DNA of 64,000 nt from the human T2T-CHM13v2.0 reference genome, Homo sapiens. Made by a program: the position numbers and the translations under genes. The notes below the pieces were generated by a model. The model was not told where the DNA came from, ran no database searches, and saw only the letters and a list, made by a program, of their open reading frames with translations. Positions 13,270 to 59,272 of the stretch are shown one piece after another (the stretch's first letter is position 1; each line of letters starts with the position of its first letter). The stretch lies in the NCBI RefSeq assembly GCF_009914755.1, contig NC_060928.1. One strand, written 5' to 3'.

Positions 13270-13499
13270 GAAATTAGGAGAAATATGTTCTGGTGTTCAG
13301 CACAGGAGGGTGACTGTGGTTATGAATATTTTACCGTATATTTTTAAATGGCTGGAAGAGAAAATTTAGAATGTTCTAAACACGAATAATAAATGAGGTG
13401 ATGGAAATCTCAATTACCCTGATTTGATCATTACACATTATATGCATATATCAAAATATCACATGTACTCCATACACATGTACAATTCTTACGTATTAA
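13270..13499 (+). mobile_element. L1MA-type 3' end
   Basis: gaggtgatgga...taccctgatttgatcattacacat...tatcaaaatatcacatgtac. Confidence 0.75.
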
Positions 13500-13800
<301 letters not shown>

Positions 13801-13814
13801 TTTCAACTTTAAAA

Positions 13815-16800
13815 GCTGAAAATTAATGATCAAAGCTTCTATCTCTAGAAACTTGAAAACAACGCAAAACAAGCCTCAATTAAGAAAAATATAAAGGCAG
13901 AATTTAATGAAATCCTAGATGTAATATCAAAAAAGCCAAGTAAGTTTGGTATTTTTTAAGAGTAATAATATTGACAACTACCTGGCAAAACATTAAAAAA
14001 TGGAGAGAGAACAATCATCAATATTAGGGATGAAAAAGTGGACATCACTAATATTTCCATAGAAAATATAAAGATAAAATAATAAAGAATAAATTAAAAT
14101 TTTGAAAGAAATGGAAAAATGACTCAAAAAGCACAAGTTGTCAAAACTGACAGAGAAATAGAAAATTACAATATTTTTGTATACATTAAAGAGCTGAAAG
14201 TATTATTAAGAACTTTTCCACAAAGAAAATCCCAGTCACTAATGGCTTCACAAAGCTTAAAAGAGAAATATCATCAATCTTATTCACACATTTCATAGGC
14301 TAGGAGTAGAGTAAACACTTTCCAATTCTCTTTATGAGACTCCCATAAATTGATATAAAATCTAACATGGGAAATATAAGAAAAAATATTATGTATTAGC
14401 CTCATGAATGTAAATAAAAATATCTCAAAGATTTGTAAATTGAATGTAGGAGTAGATAAACAGGATAATCCACAACAATCAGGTGGGTTCATTTCAAAAA
14501 TGCAATATTGATTTTACGTTACTTTACAAAAAATAGTCATTCACCTCTATTAAAAATTATAAAAGAGAATTAAATAATCTCAATATATGCATAAGGATAC
14601 AATTCTAGCAACACATAATTAGAGAAAATTTTCTTAACAAATTGAAGAATTTCAATTTAAGAAATACAAAAAATAGAATTAGTGATAAAATATTAAAAGC
14701 TTTACTTCTGAGACTGAAAACAAAAGCCTAAGTGCTCAATTCACTATTTTTTAAATATTTTATTAAATGTGCTAGGCAGCACAAGAAGAACTAAAAAAAA
14801 TACAAAGTTTTTAAAGGAAGAATTATAAACTGTCATTGATAACTGACATTATATTGTATGTAAAAAGACTTGATAGAATCTGTAGACTATTAAAATTAAC
14901 AAGTGAAATTAATAAGGTCTCTGGATAAAAGGTTAAACTAAAAATCAAATGCATTTCTACATACCAGGAACAAAAATTATAAAATGGCCTTTAAAGAAAA
15001 TATCATTTAAAATGATCAAGATAGGTCAAATGTGGAGAACTGAATCTAACAAAAGTATACGACTTCTACATTGAAATAACAAATTATTAGAGGTAAGCAA
15101 ATAATTCCCAAATAAAAGCATAGTTTTTTGTAATCATGTAATTACTTGACTAATTGATCAATAGATTAAATGCAATCCTAATACAGATCATAGCAGGTTT
15201 TTTTTTAAGGGAAATTGTCAAGATTCTTCTAAAATGTATATGGAAAAACAAAAGGCCAATACTTGACCAGGCATTCTTGAGGAAAAATGAAATTGAGTTC
15301 TACTATCAGTCATTCAGTTACATTGTTAAGCTATATTAATTAAAGCAATATGGTGTTCATGTAAACATTTATAAAAGACCAGTGGAATAAAATAGTCCAG
15401 ATACAGACCCACATTTATAAGGACAACTGATGTAATACAAATGTGACTGCAGTAAAGTGAGGAATGAATGGCCTTTTTAGTAAATTGTGCTAAGTCAACT
15501 GGATATCTCTAGGTGGGGAAAACCACTGGAGTCCTACCATATAAATATTCATTCCAGATATATTTTAGATTTACATGTGAAAGACAAACAATAAATCCTG
15601 TAGAAAAAAAGAGCATCTTTATTACCTCGTTGCAAACAAATATTTCTTATGTGGGATACAAAATGCTTACTCTGCAGAAAAAATTATAAATTGAACAATA
15701 TTAAGACTAATAATACCAAAAGACACTGTTAAGTGACTAAAAACTCAAGTCATAGAATAAGCAGATGAAATAGCAGATGTAATATCAAAAAAGCCAACAG
15801 TTTTGTGTTTCTTAAGAGTAAGAAAATTGACGACCACATGGCAAGACATATTAAAAAAGAGAGAGAGAATACTCATCAATATTGAGGATGAAATAGGGAT
15901 ATCACTAATATTTCTATAGACAATATGAAAATAAGAAAGATTTTGAAAAGAGCAAAGATACAAAAAATCTTAAGGTGTATATATATACACACCTACATAA
16001 AAATATGTACATATGTGTAAGCAAACATATGCACATGCACACTCATAGATATTCATATTCTTCAAATCAGTGAAAAAATAGGGCAACACATAAAAAATAG
16101 ACAAAAGAGTTGAATGGGTACTTCACAAAAGAGGTATAATGAATAATCAATATGATGAATTAATGTGAAAACTTACTCAAAATTTATCAGCAGTGAAATA
16201 TCAATTATAACCAGAACATAATAAACATTTACCAAGATGGCTAAAATGAAAATTACATAAAATAATAGGTGATGAGTATAAAATCTGGGACTGGAATGCT
16301 TTTGTACAGCTGGTGTAATTGTAAATCAATATAACCAGGTTGGAAAAGTATATGGTGGTATATCTTAAACGTATGCACATCACGTTATTTAGTAAATCAA
16401 TACCTAGGCTACACTCAAGGAAAATGCACATAAAATATATATACCAAAAATGTAAATAACATGTTCACTGTAGTACTATTTGTAGTAAACCAAACTGAAA
16501 ATTTTGAAATGCTTATCAAAAGCAAATAAACATTGGTATAGTCTCATAATGGAATGCTATATAATAATAAAAATAAAAACTACAACTACATGCAACAACA
16601 TGGATAAATCAGTAAAATACAATGTTGAGTGAAAAAAGTCACAAAGTCCACAGAGTCCATCTATACCATTCCATTAATATAACTTTCAAAATAAAAGGCA
16701 AAAGTAATCCATGGTGTTAGAAATCAGACTTGTGGTTTCCATTGGGAGTAACATTGACTGGAAGAGTGAGGCTCCAGTATGCTGGTAATGTTCTAATTCT

Positions 16801-16925
16801 TAAACATTAACCAAATTAACCAGAGACATGAAATCTGGTTACACAGGTGTGTTTATTTGGAAGGTTTCTCTGTATATCTATGATTTTTGGAGTTTTCTAT
16901 CTGTATGCTATACTTAAAAAAATGG
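13815..16925 (+). mobile_element. Ancient L1M (L1MC/L1ME-like), ORF2 to 3' end, highly decayed
   Basis: A-rich, with collinear ORF2 remnants (ORF 15154-15339 resembles [11 protein letters not shown]) and an L1ME-like 3' end (gctggtaatgttcta...ggttacacaggtgtg). Confidence 0.75.
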
Positions 16926-18900
16926 TAAAACTTCAATGACCATGAAAAATTCAGATATTGAGATGAAATTTTGGTACCCCTAAAATGTGCCTTGACCACT
17001 AGGCTGCTTTGAATAGACTTTATATCTATTTATTTTTATTGTATGTTGCTATCCCTTTCTGGTTTGCTTCCCTTGCATTTTGGCTTTGTTGCAGAGGCCC
17101 AGTGTGGTTCAAGCTCAAGACCCCAAAATACGACAGTAAGAACAACTCAGGCAAAACAATGAGAGAGTATAGTTTTATCAGGTACTAATCTATTCAGAAA
17201 CTTAGCTTTCAAAAAATGGAAGAAATAATTACCCAGGGAATAAGAAAAAAATGTTCTCAATGAAACCCAATTTACACTCATTGTTTAAGCGAATGAATAG
17301 TTTACACACTAAGCAAACTGTACTAGGAAAGTTACCCATTTATTTTAAAACACACTGCATATTTGGCTAAAGGCCAGTTTTAAGTTATGTGATTCACTTA
17401 ACTTCCTCTTTCCCTTCAAATTATATTTAGCCATTGGCTTTAAGTTTTAAGTTTTCATTATTTTATTTTTCTGCATTTCTAAATATGAATTTCATTCGTA
17501 CAAAAGGAGCTACTTTGTAGCTGTTAAATCTGTCTATCTATCTATTACTTGCAAAATGAGTAGTTCATCTTCGTCACTTGGAAATTGCAATATATAATAT
17601 GGCTATTGAGTCACCTCTGGTGTTTTATAGAATGTGTAAATTAGAGTCCCACTCCAGGCTTTCTTAATCAGAATCTCTAGAGAGAGCTACAAGAATCTTT
17701 CTTTTACAAAAACTTCTACTATGCACAACAATGTTGATACTCTTGCCAATAGTTCTAGAGGAAGGGAGGGAGGGGATATAGAGGATGCAAGCTGTGAGAA
17801 AATAGTTTGTTCCCTCTCCTTTTTTCCCATATTCGAAGTTACAGGAGAAGCTTTTTCATAAGATTTGTGACATCTTGTTCTCTTTCTCTCAATAGAAGAG
17901 AACAGGACAGGGTACATTTAGTGCCCTTCTTATGAATAGGCTGCATTATCTTATTAATCATTTGTTGGGACTCTATGCATTTTACCAGAGACATTCCTTT
18001 CTAATGAGTAAGTTTTAAAATCAACACTTGAAACTCAAATTAACCTAGATGAGTTTGAACTATGGTATTGCCATCATTATTTAAGACTATAAACAAGCAC
18101 CAATTATGACATAGTTTATAGAGAAAAAGCACTCATAAATCTAATTTTCATAAGTTCGTAGGCAGTGTCCTTGCCATATGAGGTCTCTAAGAGAGAATAG
18201 AACTTGTAAATTTCACATTGTCAGTTTAGGCACCATTACTTAATTATTTCCATGACATGTTTGAGAGGTAATCTAATATCCGAAGGTGATTATTTACATA
18301 TAATTCTATGAAGTATCATGTAATGTTGAATGACATTTTGAAGACAAACAGACTTATATTTGAATCCCAGTTCTGAGTCTCAGTTTCCTTGCTTTAAAAT
18401 GGAATTTATGGATACTTCTACAGTATTGTCTCATATCTAATAACTTATCAATTAAAATGGTAAAATATAAAATATACTAATTATATATCATTCTACATAT
18501 CATAATAATGTTGAATTAAGTTACACAATTGCATATATCCAATTCTATTATCATATTCTATAATTATTAAGAAAATTATTTCTTCTTGTAGACTAATGAG
18601 AAAAGGCTGTGATCAGCCTTAGGTAAGATGATAAAGTAAGAGATAGAGCCCATTTGTGTTTAGCCATTTCCCAATTGCTGACCAATAAATTTATGATTTT
18701 AATAGGGCCAAGAAAATTTGCATTTAAGATTTTCAAGCACATTTGAAAATCATTTTCTATGTGTCCACTGGCATTTTCTAAAAAATGCTGAGACACGGCA
18801 TTTCCCAATTGCTACCAAAATGATTACAAAGCATTACTGAGAGAATATATATGTGAATTTACATGACACCCAAATGCTATGTTTGACAGTGTGGACTTTA

Positions 18901-19071
<171 letters not shown>

Positions 19072-19489
19072 TCAAATTCCCACTGAGAAATTTCAATCCA
19101 CCTATGTCACAGTATCTAACTTATCTTTATTTTTGCAATAGCTGGATTATTACAACCTATGTATCATTTGCAGTGTTATTCCAATCTTTATAGCCTTGCT
19201 GTGCTTTTCTATTGAATGATGATCATTGACACACGTTGAAAATATTAAGTACTCGAGAATAATGCCTTAAGCAGGAGTACTTGACACACGTGAAAAATTT
19301 AACTTGGTAGCAAACAACAAAAGAACAATGGTAACAGTAATGAAGCCAGAAACCTCCTTGCCTCCCAGTAATTTGCGACATATTTCTACATTTTGAAGCC
19401 AGCTAGCAGTGTGGAACAAGAAATCCGATGCCTCAATCCCATTTAGATAAATAAAATTTCAAGATTTTCACAATGATTACCTTCATGGC

Positions 19490-19720
19490 AGCTGATATTA
19501 AATGAGCACACTGAAGTATGCTAGGCACTGTTTTAATTGTTTTATGTATTATTTCATCTTTGCAATAAATACTCATTGTCTACATTGTACAGATAAGGAA
19601 TTGAGCGCAGAAAAGTTGTGACTTGCTCAAGTTTTCAGGGTTAGAAAGTGGCAAAGACCTAATTCTAAAAAGGCTTTATAATTACAGATTTTGTGCTCTT
19701 ATCTTTTATTCTATACTGCT
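19490..19720 (-). mobile_element. MIR fragment
   Basis: tgagcac...ctaggcactgtttt...acagataaggaattgagcgcagaaaagttgtgacttgctcaag, matching the MIR core. Confidence 0.65.
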
Positions 19721-19967
19721 TGGTCTTCAATGTTGCCTCAAATCCCCTCCTGATTTAGCCCCTGCTCCACGCACAAAAACAATATGCAGAGTTATTAACT
19801 AGGGAAGAAGCTGTTAATTTTTATGATTTTCCTACTACAAAGATACTCATCTATATTTTGAGGGTGGAAAATTAAAATAGCCACAGAAAACAGAAATGAG
19901 ATTTCAAAATATAAGCCAGTTAAATGTCATAGTGGCAAGCAAATTGTCATCAAATAGTCATCAATAG

Positions 19968-20003
19968 TTTATTATAGCAAAATACAATAAATTATATTTT
20001 ATT
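19968..20003 (-). terminator. Candidate distal poly(A) signals for a long SULT1B1 3'UTR
   Basis: Two minus-strand AATAAA (tttatt at 19968-19973 and 19998-20003). Usage is not shown by the sequence. Confidence 0.4.
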
Positions 20004-21830
20004 GAATTCATTAAGTGGCAGTTAAAAAAGGATTACTTCACTGCTGAAAGTAATGTCTCGATAATGTGGAAATTTTACATATATATATAAAACAGTTCTA
20101 ATGATCATACATAAGAAGACATTTGTGAAGACAGCTTACATAATAAAAACAATTTATACATGGGTCATTGATAACCACCAGTATCTCTCTTTTTCCCCGG
20201 CCTTTCCCAGTTATCTGAAGATTGCTGCACAAAATAATTGTTTTCCCATATATCATTAATATCAAGCATTTTGAAGAAATTATAGTATCTTTTTTTCTGT
20301 ATATGAAAGGAATTACAAAATATGGAGAAGGGTTGTATGTTGATTAATGGTGAAATGGGGCATAATACTTAACCTTCAAAAGCCTCCAATGACGCAATTT
20401 TTATCACACAGAACATAGGGTCAATGGGAAAGAGAATGAAGAATGTAGATAGAAAATAATTTAGGAAGATAACACAATAGAATAGGGTGGATTGAAAGGG
20501 AATACATGACACTTCCCTTTGAATGTATGAATCTGAGTGTCTATCCATGTCATGATGAAAAGTTCTTGTAAGCAATGCTTTGGCTTTTTAGAAAATAGCC
20601 CTTTAGTTTATTAAGGAAAATTTCCATGGATGAGGAAATAATCATATCATTGTCAGATATTTGTTATCACTGTCCTTACATCATGGTTCTGTTAGAGAAA
20701 GATTGTAATATGAGATTATTTTAAGTGTTTTCATTTGGAAATTGTACTGATGATTCAACAGGAGAAATAACGATAAAAGCATTGTTTTAGAAAAATTAAT
20801 TTTGCAGTATTCTGATTGATTTCAAAGGGTATCAAATGTATTTGAATCATAGAAGTGCCACTGTGTGCTGTTAAACATAAACTGAGGAATTAGGATAGTG
20901 ACATTTGCATCATAGAATAAATATATAAGAGGCAACAACCTATTTAAAAAGTAAAGGAAAATCTAAATTCTATTTTTATCTCCACTCTTCACTCAGTGCA
21001 TAGAAACATACCTGAGGCATAATTACAACTTACTAAGTTTTCGTTGAATACAGTCCAATTACAGAGAGTTATTTCTACAAAGTAAAACTAGAAAATGTGG
21101 AAATTATTTTATCTTGCTAGTGAAGAAAGTGTAGCTAATCTATTACACAGATTAGAGGATAGTTTAGTGGTGTTTTTTCCCTCAGTAATAGACCATAGTA
21201 TCAGAAATCCGTATATATTCAGGCCACATTAACTTATTATTTAATAAAGATAATAGAGGAAATAGATACATGATTTAGTTTACTTCTCGTGGACAAGGGT
21301 ATTGGAGAAAGCTGGAACTAGTTCACAATACCTTTAGATAGTCAAGATTAACTCCTATAAAATATGTTTCTGTGGAACATAAACACAAATTATATACTCT
21401 AAAATATTTTATAAAACATATTGTAATAAATCTATAGAAGCAAGTATCTCCAGAATAATAGGTGTACTACTTCTATGAGGTTTGTTGTTACCACTAGACC
21501 AATCCTTTGCTGGGGTTGGAAAAGAGAAATGTTACAGCTTAAGGAGCTATTTTAGCTATTCCTGGCTATTCCTGGCTGACAGCGGAGATTCACCTGTGAA
21601 GTCAAAATACGATAAGCCATAGCTACCTCAGTTGTGGCTCAGAAAGTCTAACAGTATGTCCAAAACCACCACCCCCACCCCTTTCAGAACAAGTAAGGGC
21701 CCAGGGTACTGTACCTTCAGCTTGAGAACCATGGCTTGGCATATAACTTGGCACATGTGATATGATCTCAGGAAAAAGACTTTGCTGCACATGGGGATAT
21801 AAACAACTACTTCTAATGCCAAGCTGGAGT

Positions 21831-24849
<3,019 letters not shown>

Positions 24850-24888
<39 letters not shown>
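24850..24888. repeat. (TA)n microsatellite at the L1 tail
   Basis: About 19 AT units. Confidence 0.95.
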
Positions 24889-24891
<3 letters not shown>

Positions 24892-25893
24892 GTTCCAAGA
24901 AAACATAGATCAGAGACCACACAAATAGATATAAGCATGTAATAATAAGTAGAAGGAACATTGGGTCAAGAGGGCAGAGTGGAGATTCAGCCTAGAGAGT
25001 CTTCCTTGGGCACCAGATTGGGAAATATTTTGCAGAGGTTATGATCATGTCTAGGATATTAAAGGTGCTATTAAGGTATCCAAATCTATCCAAATATAAG
25101 ATTAAGTAACTGAAGTTCCCAAATGGTGACCAGAACACAGCAGTAGGTGATTTCTCTGAAGTTCAAACGGGTCTGTTGGGAAAAAGAGGACTCCCCATAA
25201 GAAGTAGGTCACAGCCCTCAGGGCTGCTTTTCAGAACAGAGCTCCAGTTCCCAGGTAACCAATCCTACAGAGACTATTGTAGGCGTTTGCCTTTCGGAGA
25301 CTTAGACATTAGGTATGATATAGAAAAAAGATTTCCAAAATCTGAACTACATGATCGGGGACATGAACTTTGTTATCCAAATAGAGGCACTGCAGGAAGA
25401 TGAGCTATGACTCAGAGAACAACTTGAAACTCGGTAGACAGCAGTGGAACACAGTGTCCTGGGTCAAATTTTCGGCAAAGGGAAATTGGGGCAGAGTTAG
25501 GAAATATAGTCTCATTATGAAAACAGCATTTCTTGGACCATGGTACTAGGGAGGGGAACTTAATTCTAAATCATAATATATGGGAGATTAAGTAAAATAA
25601 ATCCCTTCTTTCTTATCAGTACTAGTGTAGAAAAAGGCAGGAAGAGCCTGTGGTTACATTGTTCCTTTGTTACAAAAAGTTAACAATGAACTTTAGCCTT
25701 AGAGAATTTGGAAACTCAGAATCAAAGGAACAAAACTGGGATCTGATTAATAACATTGAAAAGAATCAACATATTAAAAGCATATTATTCTCCTTTATAA
25801 ATTCATTTGATTGCCCAAATCAATTCATAACTGCCCTCGTTTCAATCAACTACAGACAATCTCTTATTTCTTCAGATGTGTGATTTAGACACT

Positions 25894-54031
<28,138 letters not shown>

Positions 54032-54429
54032 TTTAATACCAGATTGTACAAATATATAATAGATTGACAGTTGTTCTGGAGAAATATAGAGAATAAAAAT
54101 CAGAATCTGAGTAACTAATGTTGGTCTTAAGACACTGCAATTTGTCACAAAGTAAAATTGGCCTTTAACATTCTGCGCACATGGAGATCTAAGTACAAAG
54201 GGCATATTTTGTGGGCATTAGGTGCAGTAGATTGCAAGAGCAGTAACTGGCTCTGTGACAAGCAGGACAAAGGTCTCTAGTGGAAGTTTTGGAAAGAAAT
54301 GAAACTGCATATCTCTCTTTGAATTAAAAAGCGTGTTTCACAGAAATATGGCAAAAACAATCTGAACAATCTGACTTAAGGCAAAATAAATCCACTGCTC
54401 ATTATTAAGACTTCAGCTACACGTCATTT

Positions 54430-55130
54430 TTCCTTACAGAAAATTTGCTGTCATTCTGACCTTTGATTTTCAGTTTGTAATTCATCCTTTTTCTTTGTGT
54501 GCTTCTAAGGTTTCTTTCTTTATCACTTATTTTGAGCAAGTAGATTATAATGTTCCTAGGTGTGGTTATTTTCATGTGTGTGTGTGTGCACGCGCGTATA
54601 CATTTTAGCTTTATTGAGCTTCTTGAAATTGTGAGTTTACGGTTTCCATCAAATTTGGATAATTTTCAGCCATTATTTCTTCAAATATTTTTTCCATCTC
54701 TCTCTCCTTCTGAGACTATAATTACATGTATATTAGGCCATATGAAGTTGCCCACAGCTGAGAGATTATCTATTTAGTTTTTTAAAAAGCTTTTCTCTGT
54801 GTGTGTTTCATTTGGGATATTCTCTATTGCTATGTCTTTGTAATTACTAACCTTTTCTTCTGCAATGTTTAATCTGTCTTTACTCCTATCCAGTGTATTT
54901 TTATCTCTGGCTTTGTAGTTTTAATCTCTGGCTGTTCAATTTCAATATGTTTATTTTTTTGTTCTCAACTTTTTAAGCATACTAAGTACGGTTATAATGA
55001 TTTTTTTCTTTGTTTAACATCTGGGTAATTCTATGTTGTTTTCAATTGATTGATTTTTTTCTCATTATGGTAGGCTTTTTCTCCTTGTTTACATGTCTGA
55101 TAATTTTTTATTGGATGCTTGGTGTTCCTG
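54430..55130 (-). mobile_element. Ancient L1M ORF1-region fragment
   Basis: T-rich antisense L1 ORF1-like sequence (tttcagccattatttcttcaaatat), homologous to 35620-35870. Confidence 0.65.
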
Positions 55131-55153
55131 TTAACTTCTTCTTGATTAGAAGC

Positions 55154-55590
55154 TGTCATTGATAATTTTTTGTGTCAACCTGACTGTGCCAAGGAGTCCC
55201 CAGACATTTGGCCAAACACTACTCAGAGTGTTTCTGTATTGGTGTTTTAGGACTAGATTAATATTTAAATTGGTAGACTGAGTGATTGTCCTGCCTAAGT
55301 GGGTGATCTTCAGCCAATTAGTTGAAGTCTGAGTAGAACAAAAAGGGTGATGCTCCTAGGAGTATTCCTTCTACCTAATTGCCTTTGAGCTTTAATCAAA
55401 ACATCGTTGTTTTTTGTTTGTTTCTTTATTCCTGCCTGCAGACTCAAACTGAAGCATTGCTCTTCCTGGATCTCCAGCCTGCCAGCCTTTTGACTAGAGC
55501 TAAACCATCAGCTCTACTGGGTCTCCAGTTTTCCAGGTCACCCTACATATCCTGGAATATGCCTGCATACCTGCCTCTAAAATAATGTCA
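55154..55590 (+). mobile_element. MLT2 (ERVL) LTR, 5' part
   Basis: tgt...aattttttgtgtcaacctgactg...cagacatttggccaaac...ggtagactgagt. Confidence 0.75.
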
Positions 55591-55599
55591 TATATGTAT

Positions 55600-55883
55600 G
55601 TGTTCAAAGGCAGTCAGACAGGAAGAATTCCTCTTTACTTCCAGGAGAGTCACCCTTTTGGTTCTATTCAGGCCTTCAACTGATTGCGTGAGTCCCATTC
55701 ACATTAGGGAAGGCAATCTGCTGTACTCAATCTGCCAATTTAAATTTTAATCTCATCTGAAAACACCCTCACAGACACACACACACACACACAGACACAC
55801 ACACACACACACAAAGTAATTTTTCATCAGACATCTGGGTTTCCTGTGGCCCCATCAATTGGACACATAAAATTGGCATCACA
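55600..55883 (-). mobile_element. MLT2 (ERVL) LTR, 5' part, inverted relative to its neighbour; contains (CA)n
   Basis: Reverse complement starts tgtgatgccaattttatgtgtcc...ggccacagg...cccagat; (CA)n at about 55775-55812. Confidence 0.75.
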
Positions 55884-57699
55884 AAGAGCTACTTATTATT
55901 TATTTTTTCCACTATTTCCACTGAACTTTGTAAGTAAAACCATAGCCTTGCTTTTAATAATGTTTTTTCATTTTACATCAACTTTATTTATTTTACAATT
56001 TATAGATTCCTTCATAATCGATGTTCCATTTATTTCTTAAGATCTGTTAATTTAATAACATATAACATGTTTACTATTGTATAGATAGAATTTGAACTAA
56101 TTGCAGCATAAATTGCATAATATCTTAGATGAAATCGCATTGCTTCTAGTAAAATAACTTTAAAGATTGCCAATCAGAGGTTCTTAATTGATTAAGTATA
56201 ATAGTTTCTGGTAAATATTTTGTAAGTAATTTGTGGACCCACAAACAAAAATCAATAATTTAACAGCTAGCTGGAGCTTAAACTAGTTTACCTAATGTTA
56301 ATTTGTATAGAAAGAGGTATGCTTTTGACTAGGAAAAACATGTTAGTATAACAGCCTTGTATCTCAAAGCCAACTCCTCCACCATCACTACCCCCATCTA
56401 CACACACACACACAAAATCTAGGAGGGAGAAATTTGGGCAAATATTTTTTCATTTTATATTGTAAGATGTGTATTACGTAACATATTTTTATATGTTATC
56501 ATTCATGGGTTTTACAGAAAAATGCTGTGTCATTTTGTTTTTCCAGTAAAAGTCATTATTCAACAATACGTTTGTCCTGAAACATGTAGCATCTTATGCT
56601 ACAAATAGAGTGAAAATTAATAAAATAAGTTGAATTTTGCATTTTCATACTGTTTATTGAGTAATGGAGTTGCAGGCCTCAAAAACCTGAAATAGAGGAT
56701 ATTAATGGAGAAGCAGTCTCAAAATAGATTAGACACAATCAAGTTTAGAGCATGTGAGACCCTGGGGCAAGGATGCCAATGACAGCTGAGTGAATGGAGC
56801 ATTTTAGGAAAATTATATTCAATATTTATCTTCTATATGCTTCTCAGTTATCCTCCATTTCCAGTAAAATGTCAGGTAGTCTTTGCAATACTTTGTTAGT
56901 GGAGATAGTCTTGTAGAAAAGATTCTCCAGCATGAAATACTGTGGAACATGTTAGCAGCTCAAGAAAGGAACAATTAATGTGGATGGTCAAGAAGTCAGC
57001 AGAAGGAGGAAGTTGAAAGAAAAGAAAGTAAGTCTGTAAGCAGTGTACTTGGGATGAAGTTGGTATTGAATAAATTGAATGAAGAAATGAATGAATGATG
57101 AGATTTCCACTTCTCACCCAGAATCTTTTGATATCTTGAGAATAGTGCCCCTTCTCAGTTTGGATATAAAGGAATCAGAGTCCACAGAAGTCAACATAGT
57201 ACATTCAGATGTTAGACTTGATTTCCACATGATGAATGAAATAGCTCTTTCTGAAACATTTTATTTTATTAACTTCTTAGCAAGTTGTTTCTTCCCAAAT
57301 TATCTAAAGGGAAATATCAATGGCACACCTCATTTCAAAAATTGTCTATTCTGAATTAATTGAGAAAAATAAATGAGTCTCTATTCATCGGCTCCAGAAT
57401 GTAATGTTTAGTAGCAGTATAACTTTACTTACCAACTCCTATAATGCACACATATTATGCAAAAGTGAATGAATATTGAGGGAGCTGATACCCTTTTCAT
57501 ACTGTCTGCTAAAATTATATAGACAAATTGATTCCCCATGTAGCAAGTAGCTTATATTATATATTTATAGCATCATTTCTGGTTCCATTTCATGTCTTGG
57601 TTCATCCTTTGCCTTTTCTTTATTTATTCATCTTAATTTAATTTGTACTATTCTTTTATATGCATAAAATTGATTTACAGTTTCTATTCAAATTACAGT

Positions 57700-57840
57700 C
57701 CATGTACAAGCCCCATGTGTTATTGGCCTTAACGGAGAGCTTGTTGGAAATGTGGAATCTCAGGTTTCAACCCAGAATCAGAATCTACATTTTAGTAAGA
57801 TCCTCAACTAATTTGTTTGCACTTAAAACTTGAGCAAATG
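57700..57840. mobile_element. MER5A-like hAT MITE fragment
   Basis: ggagagcttgttggaaatg...cccagaatcagaatctacatttt...gcacttaaaacttgag. Confidence 0.55.
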
Positions 57841-59272
57841 ACTTTAAACTACCTTTAATTATCTAATGATACAGGGTGTAAGTAAATGATTTAATCAAAA
57901 TGAATTCAGGGTCTTTTAAAACAAATTGTACTGATTGTGCTTCATGTATATGATCTCTAATCATTACCTACCCTGAAATGATAAGTCTTACTTGCATTTT
58001 GTGGATAAGATTAGGAAACAGATCTTCAGAGCGTCTGCTCAAAGAAACACAGAAAGGGAGTGGCAACCCAGGAATGGACTTTAGTTTGCCCAGCTCTGTT
58101 CATGTGATCATACTGAAAATTTACCGTAGGCCCAACCCAGAGTCAAAAATGTCCGTGATTTATCTCATTCAAACAAGAGTATTTACAAATTGGAAGGGAT
58201 TTTTGCTTTGACAATGAAAATCCCCCGTGACAAAAAGGTCAGGCACTTCATGCTGTAAAATTGTTGCCGGAGAAGGATGGAATGAGTAGGAAGATGAAAA
58301 TAAGGCAGCTGTTTGTGAATATATGCTAGTCACCTCTGGGAAGTGGGTGTGTCCAATTCAGGAAGCTACAGGGTATTAGGCATCAAACAGCATTACCTCG
58401 TCATGACCAGTGGATAAATGATGAGTTCTGAATTATATGGGGAGAAGAGTATGGAGAGGAGGACTGGAAGATGTCAAATAATTAATATAATTAAACTAGA
58501 TATGCTGAAAGATGATTTATGAATGACATTTACTTTAAAATCTAAAAATTAGTTCATAAAATATTTTAAACCCTATTGGAAAGGAACAGGCTATTTAAAG
58601 TAGTTGTAAATTATACATGGGATCTCAAGACTTCCTATTTAAGATGAGCCATAGGCTGAAAATTAAAATGTCTAAAATTGACTTTAAGGAATATTAATGG
58701 AACAAAAGAGAAAAATAAAAAACAATGCCTGTTTTAGAAGAAACTGAGTCATTTTACATTAAAACTATATTTTTCCATCAATTAGAAAAAACAATTTCTT
58801 TCATTTGTCATACTCTGACAAAGTTTAGCTCTATCTGATACACATCAAATCAAGCTACTTAAATAAATGTGGTAAACGACATATTTTATATTCTGGAGTG
58901 CACCTTAAAGGTGTGTGTATGTGCATATGTGTGCATGAATGCATGTGAGTAGGACTGGATGAAGGATGGGAGCAGAGAAACGAAAACTTGAAAAAGATTT
59001 CTTTTTCTTTAAGTGGCTTACAGTTTCTTGAGAAGACCTCCATTCCTTGCATGCTTCAGTTCCACTAAATGTAGAAAAATAAAATTGAACATTGAAAGCT
59101 TGAGAGATTTTAGACAGCATAAACAATGAAAGTTTCCTATAAGAAAATTGGAATTATGCAAAAGACTTTCTAATTATAAAATATGTTCAAAACAGAAATT
59201 GTTCTGAGGCACACAATATTCTGCGGGGATAGGACAAAACTTCAAGGAAAGAAATTGAAAAGCAAATTTTAC

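Noticed and set aside
54032-54205. 58-aa N-terminal extension of SULT1B1 suggested by the ORF track
   Set aside because: Runs across the exon 2 acceptor into intron 1; the Met at 54031 gives the standard 296-aa SULT1 length.
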